Shown: in pieces, positions 63,698-64,000 of the stretch
How the letters are laid out: each line of letters starts with the position of its first letter
How positions within the stretch are numbered: position 1 is the first letter of the stretch
Source of the DNA: Eledone cirrhosa
Taxonomy: Eukaryota
Assembly (NCBI GenBank): GCA_964016885.1
Contig: OZ024741.1
Location: forward strand, 180,978,001-181,042,000
Length of the DNA stretch: 64,000 nucleotides
Direction of reading: 5' to 3'
Program-made: the position numbers and the translations under genes
Notes under the pieces: generated by a model
What the model saw: only the letters and a program-made list of their open reading frames with translations
What the model was told of the DNA's origin: nothing
Databases searched by the model: none

Positions 63698-64000
63698 GTA
63701 AGTTAACAGTTTCCTGAGTTGATATGATGATAGTTTAGTTCACTGCACTCCTGCTTCTCCTGGAATCCGTTAGATGGCTCGACGTCATCAGTTTCCAAAA
63801 TTCATAGCTAAAGGCTTTCAAATGGTTATTCATAAACATACCATGTATCACTAGACATACAAAATACTCATACTTATGTATATACAGCTATGTTAGAGCA
63901 AACACTTTAATTCTATTTTCTGGCCGAGCCAGTCAACAGCTCATTATGCAAATCACCCTAATCAGCCCATGTACATAAATGTCAAAACCATATGTTTTGA

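Overview
Eukaryotic, AT-rich, microsatellite- and retroelement-dense DNA. The SINE/RTE repertoire suggests a cephalopod (Octopus-like) genome, which is an inference. 1-19298 is the right end of a near-perfect 2674-bp tandem array. Each unit carries one structurally intact but sequence-variant U1 snRNA gene (7 copies here) and a dead 3' fragment of a CR1-type LINE; the terminal unit has lost its U1 through a ~1-kb deletion. The array is followed by a complete 4-exon VPS29 gene (- strand, 22654-40601) and, head-to-head across 273 bp, the first 10 coding exons of a RAD9 (9-1-1 clamp) gene (+ strand, 40875 to beyond the window end). Introns hold RTE LINEs (with a PHD-like finger), tRNA-derived SINEs, Penelope-like remnants, hammerhead-ribozyme motifs and fold-back/piggyBac MITEs. 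The most notable signals are the amplified variant U1 (altered U1-70K loop and Sm site), a CR1 copy whose duplicated 3' UTR carries an A-to-G hypermutation signature consistent with fossilised ADAR hyper-editing, and an intact-core hammerhead paired with its own antisense copy. TE boundaries are approximate; most short ORFs in the track are spurious.
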